Origin: Rhodanobacteraceae bacterium
GTDB lineage: Bacteria; Pseudomonadota; Gammaproteobacteria; Xanthomonadales; Rhodanobacteraceae
Direction: 5' to 3'
Assembly (NCBI GenBank): GCA_025928585.1
Contig: JAICJG010000001.1
Coordinates: 548 to 64,547 of the forward strand
DNA length: 64,000 nt
A program made the position numbers and the translations under genes. This document shows positions 47,608 through 56,646 of the stretch, one piece after another (position 1 is the stretch's first letter; every line of letters starts with the position of its first letter). Below the pieces are notes generated by a model, which saw only the letters and a program-made list of their open reading frames with translations, did no database searches and was not told the DNA's origin.

Positions 47608-48638
47608 CAGGCCGGGTTCCCGCTGGCGACCTCGAGTTCGGAATCCGCGACGATCCGCGCACCCTCTCCGAGCCCGCTCAGGATCACGTCTTGCACACCC
47701 GCCACGTCGCGCAGGACATCGGCAACCTGCGCTGCGGCATCGGGCAGGCACACGGCCTTCACTTGCGGGCCGGCGTCGATCGTGAAAAACACGCCGAGGC
47801 CGTCCCGTTCGCGCAGGCTGCGCACGCGCTGCATGCATTCGACAGTTGCCCCGTTCCAGTAGATCAGGCCCGGGCGGGTGGACAGCATTACCGCATGCAT
47901 GGCGAGGCAACTCGCCTCCCCGACTGCGGCCAGCCGGTCGAAGTCGCGGCTGCGGACGGCGCCCCGCGCCACCTCGAGATCGCCTGCGCCGGTGGTGATC
48001 CAGTCGCGGTAGAACGGTGACGTGCGCCGCGAGAGATCCATGCCGGTGCGCGAGCTGGTGGACTTCGCGGTCCGCGTGGTGATCGCGATCACCACGCGCA
48101 GCGGCCACGCCGCGGCATCGAGCAGCGGCCTGGCAAACGCATCTTCGCCATCGGCGCGCGTGCCGGCGGCCATTTCGGCGAAGCCGCCGAAGATCGAACG
48201 TGCGGCCGAGCCCGAGCCGCGCCGCGCGAGTCGCGAGAGCGACGACGCATCCAGATCGGTTCCGAGCGCGCGGTCGGCCGCGACCGCGAGTGCCGCAAAA
48301 CCGGACGCGGAGGAGGCGAGTCCGGCTCCGGTCGGAAAATCGTTCTCGCTGACGACACAGGCACGGGTGGCGACGCCCGCGTGCGCGCGCAGCAGGTCGA
48401 GAAACGCGGAAATCTTGCGTGACTCGGCTGCGTCGCGGCGCCCGTTCAGCACGATGTCGTCCGCACCGAGCGCCGGATCGAAGCGGACGGCGGTGCGCGT
48501 ATGCAATCGGTCGAGGGTGATCGACAGCGAACCCGAGGCCGGCAGGTTCAACGCATCGTCGCGTTTCCCCCAGTATTTCACCAGCGCGATGTTGGGATGC
48601 GCGAGGGCGGAGGCCCGCCCAGGTGGCGATGTGATCAA
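47607..48638 (-). CDS. mvaD: Diphosphomevalonate decarboxylase
   Basis: Contains AHPNIALVKYWGKRD, LPASGSLSITLD, PTGAGLASSASGFAALA, RRGSGSAARS and FTIDAGP. A TTG at 48638 preceded by AGGAA is the preferred start (alternative GTG at 48653). Its stop overlaps the PMK start by 1 nt. Confidence 0.88.
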   Translation of the reverse strand: MITSPPGRASALAHPNIALVKYWGKRDDALNLPASGSLSITLDRLHTRTAVRFDPALGADDIVLNGRRDAAESRKISAFLDLLRAHAGVATRACVVSENDFPTGAGLASSASGFAALAVAADRALGTDLDASSLSRLARRGSGSAARSIFGGFAEMAAGTRADGEDAFARPLLDAAAWPLRVVIAITTRTAKSTSSRTGMDLSRRTSPFYRDWITTGAGDLEVARGAVRSRDFDRLAAVGEASCLAMHAVMLSTRPGLIYWNGATVECMQRVRSLRERDGLGVFFTIDAGPQVKAVCLPDAAAQVADVLRDVAGVQDVILSGLGEGARIVADSELEVASGNPA

Positions 48639-48727
48639 CGGTGGTTCCTGCACGTGGTGGTCATGGTGCCGGTGGATGGTTCGCCGGGTCCGCGCGGGCA
48701 TCGACCCGCAACGGCGGTCCGAACCGC

Positions 48728-49735
48728 TCAAGCGGGGCGCCGCCGCGAGAAGTATCCCTGGTCGCGGAACCATTGTATTGCGTCGGCAAGCGCTTCCCGG
48801 GCGGGACGCGCGCGGTAGCCGAGTTCGGTCTCGGCGCGGCGGCTGGTGAAATACATCTTGTGGCGCGCGAGCTTGACGCCGTCCACGGTGATGGTGGGCG
48901 CACGGTCGCTGATCCGCGCCCACGCCTCGGCGGCGTGCGCGATCGGCAGGAGCGCACGATGCGGCAGGCGGATCTTGGGCCCGGCACGGCCGCTAAGTTC
49001 CGCGACGGTAGAGAGGATCTCGCGCAGGCTCATGTTCTCGCCGCCGAGAATGTAACGGCGCCCGCGCTCGCCGTGCCGGTACGCAAGCACGTGGCCCTCG
49101 GCGACGTCGTCGACGTGCACGATGTTGAGCCCGGTATCGACGTAGGCCGGCATCTTGCCGCGCGCCGCGTCGAGCACCATCTGCCCGGTGGGCGTGGGCT
49201 TGCGGTCGCGCGGGCCGACCGGTGCGGAGGGATTCACGATCACGATGTCCTGTCCCGCGCGCGCGCGCCGCCGCGCCGTTTTCTCGGACAGGTATTTCGA
49301 GCGCTTGTACTCGCCGATCATGTCGGCATAACTCGCGGGCGTTTCCTCGTCGGAAGGCGTGCCGTCCTCGTGCAGCCCGAGCGTGGCGACGCTCGAGGTG
49401 TGCACGATGCGCGCGACGCCGGCGCTTCTCGCGGCGGCCAGGATGTTGCGCGTTCCGCGCACGTTGGTCATGCGGATCTCTTCGGGATTACGCGCCCACA
49501 AGCGGTAATCCGCGGCGACGTGGAACAGCCCCTCGCACCCGTCCAGCGCAGCGCGCAGCGTGGGCGGATCGAGCAGGTCGCCGCGCACGATCTCGACGTC
49601 CGCGCCCTCGAGGGTGGTGGTGTCGCTGGTCGGGCGCGCGAGCGCGCGCACCTCGAAACCGTGGCGCAACAGCGCAAGGCACACCGCTGATCCCACGAAT
49701 CCGTTGCCGCCACTGACGAGAACGCGCGTGCTCAT
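48728..49735 (-). CDS. hpnA: Hopanoid-associated NAD-dependent sugar epimerase/dehydratase (HpnA)
   Basis: ATG at 49735 (MSTRVLVSGGNGFVGSAVCLALLRHGFEV, Rossmann GxxGxxG). It has Y-x3-K (YKRSK) and lies between hpnG and the MVA genes. Confidence 0.8.
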   Translation of the reverse strand: MSTRVLVSGGNGFVGSAVCLALLRHGFEVRALARPTSDTTTLEGADVEIVRGDLLDPPTLRAALDGCEGLFHVAADYRLWARNPEEIRMTNVRGTRNILAAARSAGVARIVHTSSVATLGLHEDGTPSDEETPASYADMIGEYKRSKYLSEKTARRRARAGQDIVIVNPSAPVGPRDRKPTPTGQMVLDAARGKMPAYVDTGLNIVHVDDVAEGHVLAYRHGERGRRYILGGENMSLREILSTVAELSGRAGPKIRLPHRALLPIAHAAEAWARISDRAPTITVDGVKLARHKMYFTSRRAETELGYRARPAREALADAIQWFRDQGYFSRRRPA

Positions 49736-50460
49736 GCAGCGACGCATGCCCGCGTGGCGAGGCGCGCGGCCGACGTCAGCGCGCGCCGCGCCTGCGAGAA
49801 GTCCTGCGCAAGCGAACGCACCGCGTTCCAGACGGGCGGGCCGCCGAACGCGATCGTGGACAGCATCCGCCAGGACGGTCCGCCACTGCCGCCGTCGAGC
49901 GCGCGCAGGACCCGCTGCGGCAGCTCGCGGCCGAGCGGGTCGCAGATCGCCTTCACCGCCACGAACGGCAGCCCGGCACGCGCCGCGACGGCCGCGATCG
50001 ATGCAGCTTCCATGTCCACGGCGATGGCGCCGGAACGTTCGGCGAGCGCGCGCTTGTCGGCCTCGTTGGCGAGCGGTTCGGCTGCCGACCACAAGGCGCC
50101 TTCGCGCACCCTCAGCGAGCCGGAACACGCCGCAATGATCCGCTCCCGGGCGCTCGCATCGGTGGCGAAACCGGGGTCGTCGGGAGCGTGCCGGATGCGA
50201 TCGGGCACCACGAGGTCGCCGGGCGCGAGGCTGCCGTCCAGCGCCCCCGCCACGCCCCAGTTCGCGATCCGGTCGATGCCGCACTCGAGCAGCCGTTCCG
50301 CGGCACGCAGCGCGTTGTGCGGTCCGATGCCCGACACGGCGATCCAGCCGTACTGCCAGCGCGCGCATCCGCCCGGCCGCACGCCCCGGACGCCTACGCT
50401 GCGGGCCTCCGCGGGCAGCGCGACGATCAGTCCGTTGCGGTCAGTCCGTTCGCTGGACAT
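49732..50460 (-). CDS. hpnG: Hopanoid-associated nucleoside phosphorylase/nucleosidase (HpnG)
   Basis: It is PNP_UDP_1-like. Contains GLIVALPAEAR, VSGIGPHNA, NWGVAGAL and AVDMEAASIA. There is an ATGA overlap with hpnA, and its start overlaps the shc stop by 20 nt. Confidence 0.8.
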   Translation of the reverse strand: MSSERTDRNGLIVALPAEARSVGVRGVRPGGCARWQYGWIAVSGIGPHNALRAAERLLECGIDRIANWGVAGALDGSLAPGDLVVPDRIRHAPDDPGFATDASARERIIAACSGSLRVREGALWSAAEPLANEADKRALAERSGAIAVDMEAASIAAVAARAGLPFVAVKAICDPLGRELPQRVLRALDGGSGGPSWRMLSTIAFGGPPVWNAVRSLAQDFSQARRALTSAARLATRACVAA

Positions 50461-52375
50461 TGCGGTATCGCACCAGCGCCCAGTACGGGAAGTAGCGGCT
50501 GTAACCGTGGTACTTGAGGTAGAACACCCGCGGAAAACCGGGTGCGTTGAAGCGCGTGTCGTGCCATTCGCCGTCGACCTGCGTCTTCAGCAGGTACTCG
50601 ATCCCGCGCGCGACCGCCGGGCTGCCCGCTTCGCCGGTTCGCATCAGCGCAAGCAAGGCCCACGCGGTCTGGGTCGGGCCACTGCGCGCGCCGCGCCCGC
50701 GCAGACTCGGGTCGAGGTAACTGTCGTTGCCTTCGCCCCAGCCGCCATCGGCCTGCTGCACCGACTTCAGCCATTCCGCAGCGCGCCGGATCGGGGGTGC
50801 ATGCACTTCGAGGCCGGCGGCCCGCAGCGCCACCACCACGGACCAGGTCCCGTAGATGTAATTGGTGCCCCAGCGCCCGAACCATGCGCCTTCGGGAGAC
50901 TGTTCGTCGAGCAGGAAACGCAGCACCCGTTCGCGGCTGTCGCGGTCCCGTGGCCGCCGCAGCAGCGACAACAGCAGCAACACCCGCCCGCTGACGTCGC
51001 TGGTCGGGGGATCGAGCAGGGCCCCATGGTCCGCGAACGGAATCTGGTTCAGCCACTGATGGTCGTTGTCGGCATCGAACGCGGCGAAGCCGCCGTCGCG
51101 TGACTGCATTCCGGTCAGCCAATCGCACGCCCGGCCGATCGCCTTCGAGAACGCAGCGCGGTCCGGCGACTGGTACATCGCCCGCGCCACCACCGCGGTG
51201 TCGTCGAGGTCGGGGTAGGCGTCGTTGCGGAACTGGAACGCCCAGCCGCCGCCGGGAAGCGTGCGGCGGTAGGTCCGCCAGTCGCCGGGAGCATCGAAGA
51301 GCTGGCGCGCCGCGAGCCAGTCGAGCGCACGGCGGATCGCCTGTTGCGGGGCGCCCGGGTCTTCCTGCATCGCGAGGCAGGTGAGGCCGGTATCCCACAC
51401 CGGCGAGACGCACGGCTGGCACCAGGCTTCCTGGTCGTGGATCACCAGGAGGTCGTCGATGGCCTTGCGGGTTTCGCGGCGCGCGGGATGCTCGGCCGGA
51501 TAGCCGAGCAGCGCCAGCGCCTCGTAGGCGTTGACCATCGCCGGGAAAATCGCGCCCAGCCCGCCGTCACCATTGCGACGCTCCAGGATCCAGGCTTCCG
51601 CGCGCCGCAGCGCGCGACGGCGCAGCCGGCGCGGGATCAGTGCTTCGCCGCTGCGGAGCGTCTTCTCGCAGGCGAACAGCAACCGGTTCAGCAGCGAACG
51701 CGGACGGAAATAGTGCTTTTCTTGCTCGGGCGGGGTGACGAACAATTCGCGGATGTCTACGCCGCGCGGGTTCGCCGCGCGCGGCTTCAGCGAAGTCAGT
51801 ACCGAAAGCGGCACCATGACCGTGCGCGACCAGTACGAGACCTTCATCAGGTTGAACGGAAACCAGCGCGGCAACAGCACGATTTCGACCGGCAGGAACG
51901 GCACCCCGCGCCAGGGCAACTCGCCGAACAATGCGAGTGCGATGCGCGTGAACACGTTGCTGCAGGCGGCGCCGCCTTCGGCGAGGATCGCCGAGCGTGC
52001 GCGCAACATGTGCGGCGCGTCGGGACGGTCACCGGCGAGCTTCAGGGCAAAATAGCACTTGACGCTGCAGCTCACGTCCATCGCACCGCCGGGATAGAGC
52101 GGCCAGCCGCCGTCGCGCGACTGGTGGTCGCGCAGGTACGCGGCCAGGCGAGATTCGAGCAGCCGGTCCGATTCGCCGAGGTAGTGCAGCATCAGGATGT
52201 ATTCGGCCGGGATGGTGCAGTCGGCTTCCAGTTCGTACTGCCAGTACCCGTCGGGGTGCTGCTTCGCGAGAAGGCGCGCACGGGCGGCCTCGATCCCGGC
52301 GTCCAGGCGGTCGCGCGACCGGTGGCTGCCGCGGGTTGCGGGGCGTGAATGCGGCAGGCCTGAATCCGGTGCCAT
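50441..52375 (-). CDS. shc: Squalene-hopene cyclase
   Basis: ATG at 52375. It has multiple QW repeats (QHPDGYWQYE, QSRDGGWPLY, RRNGDGGLGA, MQSRDGGFAAF, QSPEGAWFGRWG, VQQADGGWGE). The catalytic DxDD is in YPDLDDTAVV. The N-terminal 330 aa of track ORF 50441..53365 are rejected. Confidence 0.95.
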   Translation of the reverse strand: MAPDSGLPHSRPATRGSHRSRDRLDAGIEAARARLLAKQHPDGYWQYELEADCTIPAEYILMLHYLGESDRLLESRLAAYLRDHQSRDGGWPLYPGGAMDVSCSVKCYFALKLAGDRPDAPHMLRARSAILAEGGAACSNVFTRIALALFGELPWRGVPFLPVEIVLLPRWFPFNLMKVSYWSRTVMVPLSVLTSLKPRAANPRGVDIRELFVTPPEQEKHYFRPRSLLNRLLFACEKTLRSGEALIPRRLRRRALRRAEAWILERRNGDGGLGAIFPAMVNAYEALALLGYPAEHPARRETRKAIDDLLVIHDQEAWCQPCVSPVWDTGLTCLAMQEDPGAPQQAIRRALDWLAARQLFDAPGDWRTYRRTLPGGGWAFQFRNDAYPDLDDTAVVARAMYQSPDRAAFSKAIGRACDWLTGMQSRDGGFAAFDADNDHQWLNQIPFADHGALLDPPTSDVSGRVLLLLSLLRRPRDRDSRERVLRFLLDEQSPEGAWFGRWGTNYIYGTWSVVVALRAAGLEVHAPPIRRAAEWLKSVQQADGGWGEGNDSYLDPSLRGRGARSGPTQTAWALLALMRTGEAGSPAVARGIEYLLKTQVDGEWHDTRFNAPGFPRVFYLKYHGYSRYFPYWALVRYRNVQRTD

Positions 52376-52377
52376 GG

Positions 52378-53517
52378 CTATTTCGAGGTAGCGGCTTGGG
52401 CGGGGCCGCAGGCATCGCTGCGCGGCCATGCCGAGTGCGGAGCAGGCAGCAGGCCGCCCCAGTCGTCGGCCAGGGCCTGCAGCGGCAGGCCGTCCGCGAG
52501 CCGCGCGAACCAGCCCCGCAGCACGCGGCTGTAACCCGCGAACAGGTGCGTCACGATCACTACCTTCTTGACGACCTGGCGCGAGACCTTCACCTGCACG
52601 CCGGCCGTGAAATCGGGTTTGGCGAGGATCGAGCCGAGCGTGCGCATCGCGAGCCCCACCGCGATCAGGCAGAAGCGCCGGATTCCGACTTCCTTTTCCG
52701 GGATCAGCAGCGTGTAGTTCAGGGCGTTGCGCAAATGGCTGTGGGCGATGCCGATCAGTTGCGCATAGGCGTGCCCGAAGGCGGCCGGAACGCTGCCGCG
52801 CCTGATCGTCTGCAGGTCGACCCCGGCGCGGGCGAACAGGTCGCGCGGCAGCCAGCACACGCCGCGGTCGCGGTCTTCCCAGAAGTCCTTGAGGATGTTG
52901 GTCATCTGCAGGCCCTGGCCGAACGAGACGTCCAGCTCGGACATCGCTTCGCGCTGCTCCGCGATTCGGGGCGAGTATTCGCAGAACAACTCGGTGAGCG
53001 TCTGCCCGACGATGCCGGCGACGTAGTAGCAGTAGCGATCCATCTCGCGCATGTCGGCGAGGCCCGCGGTGCTGGCCTCGCGCTCGAAGCTCGGCATTCC
53101 GGTGCACATCGTGCGGATGCAGCGCGCCAGTGCTTCGCGCTGGGGCAGGTTGAAGCTGTCGGTGATCTCGATGATTTGCGGCGCGTGCTCGACCAAATCG
53201 CGTTCGGCGGGAAGGGTGCTGCCGTTCAACAGCGGTGCCAGGTCGCGCGCGAACGACGCGGGGTCCTCGGTCGAGCCGACCACCCGCGTGAAGCGGTCGT
53301 GGAACTGCTGCTTGACATCTGCCGGCAGGGATTGTTCGTCCTCGATGGTGTCCGCGATCCTGCACAACAGGTACGCGTTCGCGATCACCGTGCGCAGGCG
53401 CGCGTCGAGTTGCGGGATCGTCAATGCGAAGGTGCGCGAAACCGCGGGCAGGATCCGGTCCTGGTAGGCCCGGGCGGCGCGAGGCGGCGCGTGTGCGGCG
53501 GCGACATGGATTGTCAT
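52378..53517 (-). CDS. sqs: Squalene synthase (single-enzyme farnesyl-diphosphate farnesyltransferase type; squalene/phytoene synthase family)
   Basis: Contains SRTFALTIPQL, YLLCRIADTIEDE (Asp-rich 1), MDRYCYYVAGIVG, GQGLQMTNILKDFWEDRDRG (Asp-rich 2 region) and a hydrophobic C-terminal tail. Its stop is 2 nt before the shc start. Confidence 0.85.
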   Translation of the reverse strand: MTIHVAAAHAPPRAARAYQDRILPAVSRTFALTIPQLDARLRTVIANAYLLCRIADTIEDEQSLPADVKQQFHDRFTRVVGSTEDPASFARDLAPLLNGSTLPAERDLVEHAPQIIEITDSFNLPQREALARCIRTMCTGMPSFEREASTAGLADMREMDRYCYYVAGIVGQTLTELFCEYSPRIAEQREAMSELDVSFGQGLQMTNILKDFWEDRDRGVCWLPRDLFARAGVDLQTIRRGSVPAAFGHAYAQLIGIAHSHLRNALNYTLLIPEKEVGIRRFCLIAVGLAMRTLGSILAKPDFTAGVQVKVSRQVVKKVVIVTHLFAGYSRVLRGWFARLADGLPLQALADDWGGLLPAPHSAWPRSDACGPAQAATSK

Positions 53518-53606
53518 CCTGCGAGTCTCCTTCGGCGCGGGCCCTTCCGGTTACCTGCTGATCGTACCTATTGTCCGTGAAGATGAGGTGGAAATCGCCG
53601 CTGGTT

Positions 53607-53636
53607 TTGACACGTGTGCGGCGCGGTGGCTAGGCT
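53607..53636 (+). promoter_or_regulatory. Candidate sigma70 promoter for ispA (TTGACA-N18-TAGGCT)
   Basis: A perfect -35 hexamer lies at 53607-53612 and a TAnnnT -10-like hexamer at 53631-53636, about 43 nt upstream of the ispA ATG. This is a pattern match only. Confidence 0.3.
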
Positions 53637-53678
53637 CGCGGACTGCGCCCGAACCCGTTCCGCTGCCGGAGTCATGCC

Positions 53679-54563
53679 ATGCCCTTTGCCGATCGTGTCC
53701 CCGGCTATCTGGAACGCGTCGAACGCGCACTGGATTCGCGCCTGCCCCCGGGCGACACCCGGCCTGCATCGCTGCACGCCGCGATGCGCTACTCGGTGCT
53801 CGGCGGCGGCAAGCGGATCCGGCCATTGCTCTGCTACGCGGCGGGCGAGCTGCTGGGCGTCGATGCGGAACGCCTCGACGATGCCGCCTGCGCGGTCGAA
53901 TGCATCCACGCCTTTTCACTGGTTCACGACGATCTGCCGGCGATGGATGACGACTCGTTGCGGCGCGGCCGCCCATCCACCCACAAGGCATTCGGGGTGG
54001 CAATGGCGATCCTCGCCGGAGACGCCCTGCAGACGCGCGCGTTCGAAATTCTCGCCGGCGACGGCCGCGGCGATCCGGCGGCCCGGCTCGGGATGACGGC
54101 GGTCCTTGCGGCGGCGACCGGCTCGCTCGGCATGACCGGCGGGCAGGCGATCGACCTCGAATCGGAAGGCCGGCAACTTGCCGCGTCCGATCTGGAAGCA
54201 CTCGACCGCGCCAAGACTGGCGCCTTGATCCGCGCAGCGGTAGTGATGCCGTGCTGCGCCGCTCCGGGTCTTCCCCACGGCGCGCGCGAGGCGCTGGAGC
54301 GCTATGCCAGTGGCATGGGCCTCGCGTTCCAGATCAAGGACGACGTGCTGGACATCGAAGGCGACCAGGCGCTCACCGGCAAGACGCACGGCGCCGATGC
54401 CGCCCGCGGCAAGGCCACCTATCCGTCCCTGATGGGGATGGATGCGGCCCGCGCCCGGGCGGATGCGTTGTACGCCGATGCGTTGGCCGCGCTGGACCGC
54501 TTCGGGGATGCCGCGGAACCCTTGCGCTGGATGGCACGCTACATCGTGCACCGCGACCGCTGA
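53679..54563 (+). CDS. ispA: Farnesyl diphosphate synthase ((2E,6E)-FPP synthase)
   Basis: The first Asp-rich motif is LVHDDLPAMDDDSLRRGRP and the second is FQIKDDVLD. GKRIRPLL is present. It is divergent from sqs. Confidence 0.92.
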   Translation: MPFADRVPGYLERVERALDSRLPPGDTRPASLHAAMRYSVLGGGKRIRPLLCYAAGELLGVDAERLDDAACAVECIHAFSLVHDDLPAMDDDSLRRGRPSTHKAFGVAMAILAGDALQTRAFEILAGDGRGDPAARLGMTAVLAAATGSLGMTGGQAIDLESEGRQLAASDLEALDRAKTGALIRAAVVMPCCAAPGLPHGAREALERYASGMGLAFQIKDDVLDIEGDQALTGKTHGADAARGKATYPSLMGMDAARARADALYADALAALDRFGDAAEPLRWMARYIVHRDR

Positions 54564-54638
54564 ATCGCGGGCCGGCCCGCTTGCATCGCACGGCGCGAAG
54601 CCCGACACTGCCCGCATCTGGAGACCGGCCTGGCACCG

Positions 54639-56507
54639 GTGGGAGTCCCGAGGCATCGCGTGGGCATCCATGCCGAGGCACCGAACAAGCGCGGGATCGT
54701 CGCCGAACTCAGCCACCGCCATGTGCTGCGGGCGGCTGCGGTGTACGTGGGCGCCGTGTGGGCGCTCTCCCAGGGTATCGCGCAGCTCGCGCCGGTATTC
54801 AACGCACCGGGTTGGATCACGCGCTGGTTCGTGATCGCCTGCGCGGTCGGGTTTCCGTTTTGGGTCGCCTTCGCCTGGTACTACAGGTTGACGCCGGAAG
54901 GCTTCCGGCGCGAAGGCGCCATCGTTGCCGAAGACCCGGCGTTTCACCGCGCCACCGGCCGCAAGCTGGATTTCTGGATCATCGGCGTGATGGCGGTCGC
55001 GCTCGTGCTGCTGATCACCAACCAGTTCGTGCTGCATCGCGATGCGACCAGCGCCGCCGACGCCGTGGATGCCAGGGACATCGCCGCCGAATTCGCCACG
55101 ATCCCCTACAAATCCGTGGCCGTGCTGCCACTGGCCAACGATAGCGGCGACCCCAAGCAGCAGTACTTTACCGATGGTTTGTCCGAGGAGCTGATCTCCG
55201 ATCTCACCCAAGTCAACGGGCTCAAGGTGATCGGGAAATATTCCAGCTTCAAGTTTCGCGACAGCAAGGACAGCCTCGCGCAGATCGGTGCGGCGCTCGG
55301 GGTCGCGCACCTGATCCAGGGCTCTGTGCGCCAGCAGGACGATCGCATCCGCGTCACCGTTAGCATGATCCGGGCGAAGGACGGAACCAGCGTGTGGTCG
55401 CACAGTTACAACGAGCAGCTCAAGGATGTGTTCGCGATCCAGTCGCGGATCGGCGATGCGGTGGCCGCGGCGCTCAAGATCAAGTTGCTGGGGGAGGCGA
55501 TCGTCTCGATCGACAAGCCGCCCAGTGGCAACGTCGAGTCATATCAATTGATGCTGCAGGGGCACGCGCTCGCGCGGCGCCAGACCGAAGCCGGTTTTCA
55601 ACAGGGGATCGCACTTCTGCACCAGGCGCTCAAGCTCGATCCGGACTACGCCTATGCCTGGGGGGTGCTGTCCACCGCGCTTATCAACGAGGGCCAGATC
55701 TTCCTTTCCGGCGAAGCCCGCCAGGAGGCGTACGCCCAGGCCCGCATGGCGGCGAACCGGCAGCAAGCGCTGGCGCCGGATGCGGCAGCCACCCACATGA
55801 ACCTCGGTTACCTGCTGGCGAATGTCGACAATGACCCCGTGGGCGCGCTCGCCGAGTTCCGGCGGGGACTGGAACTGGCGCCACGCGACGGCACCGCGAT
55901 GACGTTCATGGCCTACGGTCTCGCCAACGTGGGACAAGCCAGGCAGGCGGCGGACCTGTTCCGCAAAGCCATCAATACCGATCCGCTGCAGGCCAGTTGG
56001 TACGCTCCGCTCGTCTCCGTATTGATGGCCGACGGCCAGCTCGATGACGCCGAGCGTGCCGCACACAAGGCGCTGCAACTGCAGCCTGGCTTTCCGGGGA
56101 TGTATGCCAATCTGGCCTTGATCGACATCCTGCGCGGCAATGCCGCCGCGGCGCAGCGCGAGGCGGACCGGGAATCGGATCCGGTGTTTTCGCCCTGGGT
56201 GCGCGCGATGGCGCAACAGGTGGGAAGCGACCGGGTCAAGGCCGACGCGGCCCTGCACGATTACATCGGGAAATACGGCGCGACCGAGCCGTATCTGGTC
56301 GCCGACCTGTATGCCGCGCGGAAGCAACCGGACGACATGTTCAAGTGGCTCGACCGCGCCAGGGATGGCCACGACCCGTATCTTTTGAGCATGCTCTATG
56401 ATCCGTTTCCGCTCGCCTACCGGGCCGACCCGCGTTTTGCGGCCTTGTGCCGGCGTGCCGGCCTGCCGGTGCCGGGCGAGGCTCCAAGCGCATCGGGCAC
56501 ATATTGA
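54639..56507 (+). CDS. Membrane-anchored TolB-N-like / TPR repeat protein
   Basis: The N-terminal motif is IVAELSHRHVLRAAAVYVGAVWALSQG, with two TM helices. SVAVLPLANDSGDPKQQYFTDGLSEELISDLTQVNGLKVIG...LIQGSVRQQDDRIRVTVSMI is TolB-N-like. TPR-like repeats follow. The GTG start at 54639 is uncertain (alternative GTG at 54660). Confidence 0.75.
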   Translation: MGVPRHRVGIHAEAPNKRGIVAELSHRHVLRAAAVYVGAVWALSQGIAQLAPVFNAPGWITRWFVIACAVGFPFWVAFAWYYRLTPEGFRREGAIVAEDPAFHRATGRKLDFWIIGVMAVALVLLITNQFVLHRDATSAADAVDARDIAAEFATIPYKSVAVLPLANDSGDPKQQYFTDGLSEELISDLTQVNGLKVIGKYSSFKFRDSKDSLAQIGAALGVAHLIQGSVRQQDDRIRVTVSMIRAKDGTSVWSHSYNEQLKDVFAIQSRIGDAVAAALKIKLLGEAIVSIDKPPSGNVESYQLMLQGHALARRQTEAGFQQGIALLHQALKLDPDYAYAWGVLSTALINEGQIFLSGEARQEAYAQARMAANRQQALAPDAAATHMNLGYLLANVDNDPVGALAEFRRGLELAPRDGTAMTFMAYGLANVGQARQAADLFRKAINTDPLQASWYAPLVSVLMADGQLDDAERAAHKALQLQPGFPGMYANLALIDILRGNAAAAQREADRESDPVFSPWVRAMAQQVGSDRVKADAALHDYIGKYGATEPYLVADLYAARKQPDDMFKWLDRARDGHDPYLLSMLYDPFPLAYRADPRFAALCRRAGLPVPGEAPSASGTY

Positions 56508-56646
56508 GACCTCCGCCGAAGCCGGGATAGCCGCCGACTGCATTCACCCGGGGGCCGTTCGGTGGCGCAGACAAGCCTGGACGGGCACGACAAGAAGCCG
56601 TCCCCGTTCCCGGAGACGGCTTCCGCCGAGACGAAAGTGGACCAGG

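Noticed and set aside
50441-53365. Apparent 974-aa squalene-hopene cyclase extended over the sqs gene (a possible sqs-shc fusion)
   Set aside because: The N-terminal 330 residues are a low-complexity alternative frame over the well-supported sqs CDS. Recognisable SHC sequence begins after the ATG at 52375, which lies 2 nt after the sqs stop. The same kind of upstream over-extension was trimmed for corA (8814..11057), miaB (14056..16056), suhB (17137..18501), PMK (46585..48108), MVD (47607..48923), hpnA (48728..50368), hpnH (42160..43665) and gluQ (516..1772).
54562-54578. att-like partial repeat of the tRNA-Arg 3' end (gaatcgcgggccggccc versus tRNA gaatcgggccgggg at 37551-37564) at the far edge of the isoprenoid cluster, suggesting a tRNA-integrated genomic island
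   Set aside because: The match is only about 12 nt, needs a 2-nt gap and is GC-rich, so it is easily due to chance. No integrase, excisionase or transposase gene is present anywhere in the window. The island idea is kept only as a weak note within the supercluster finding.
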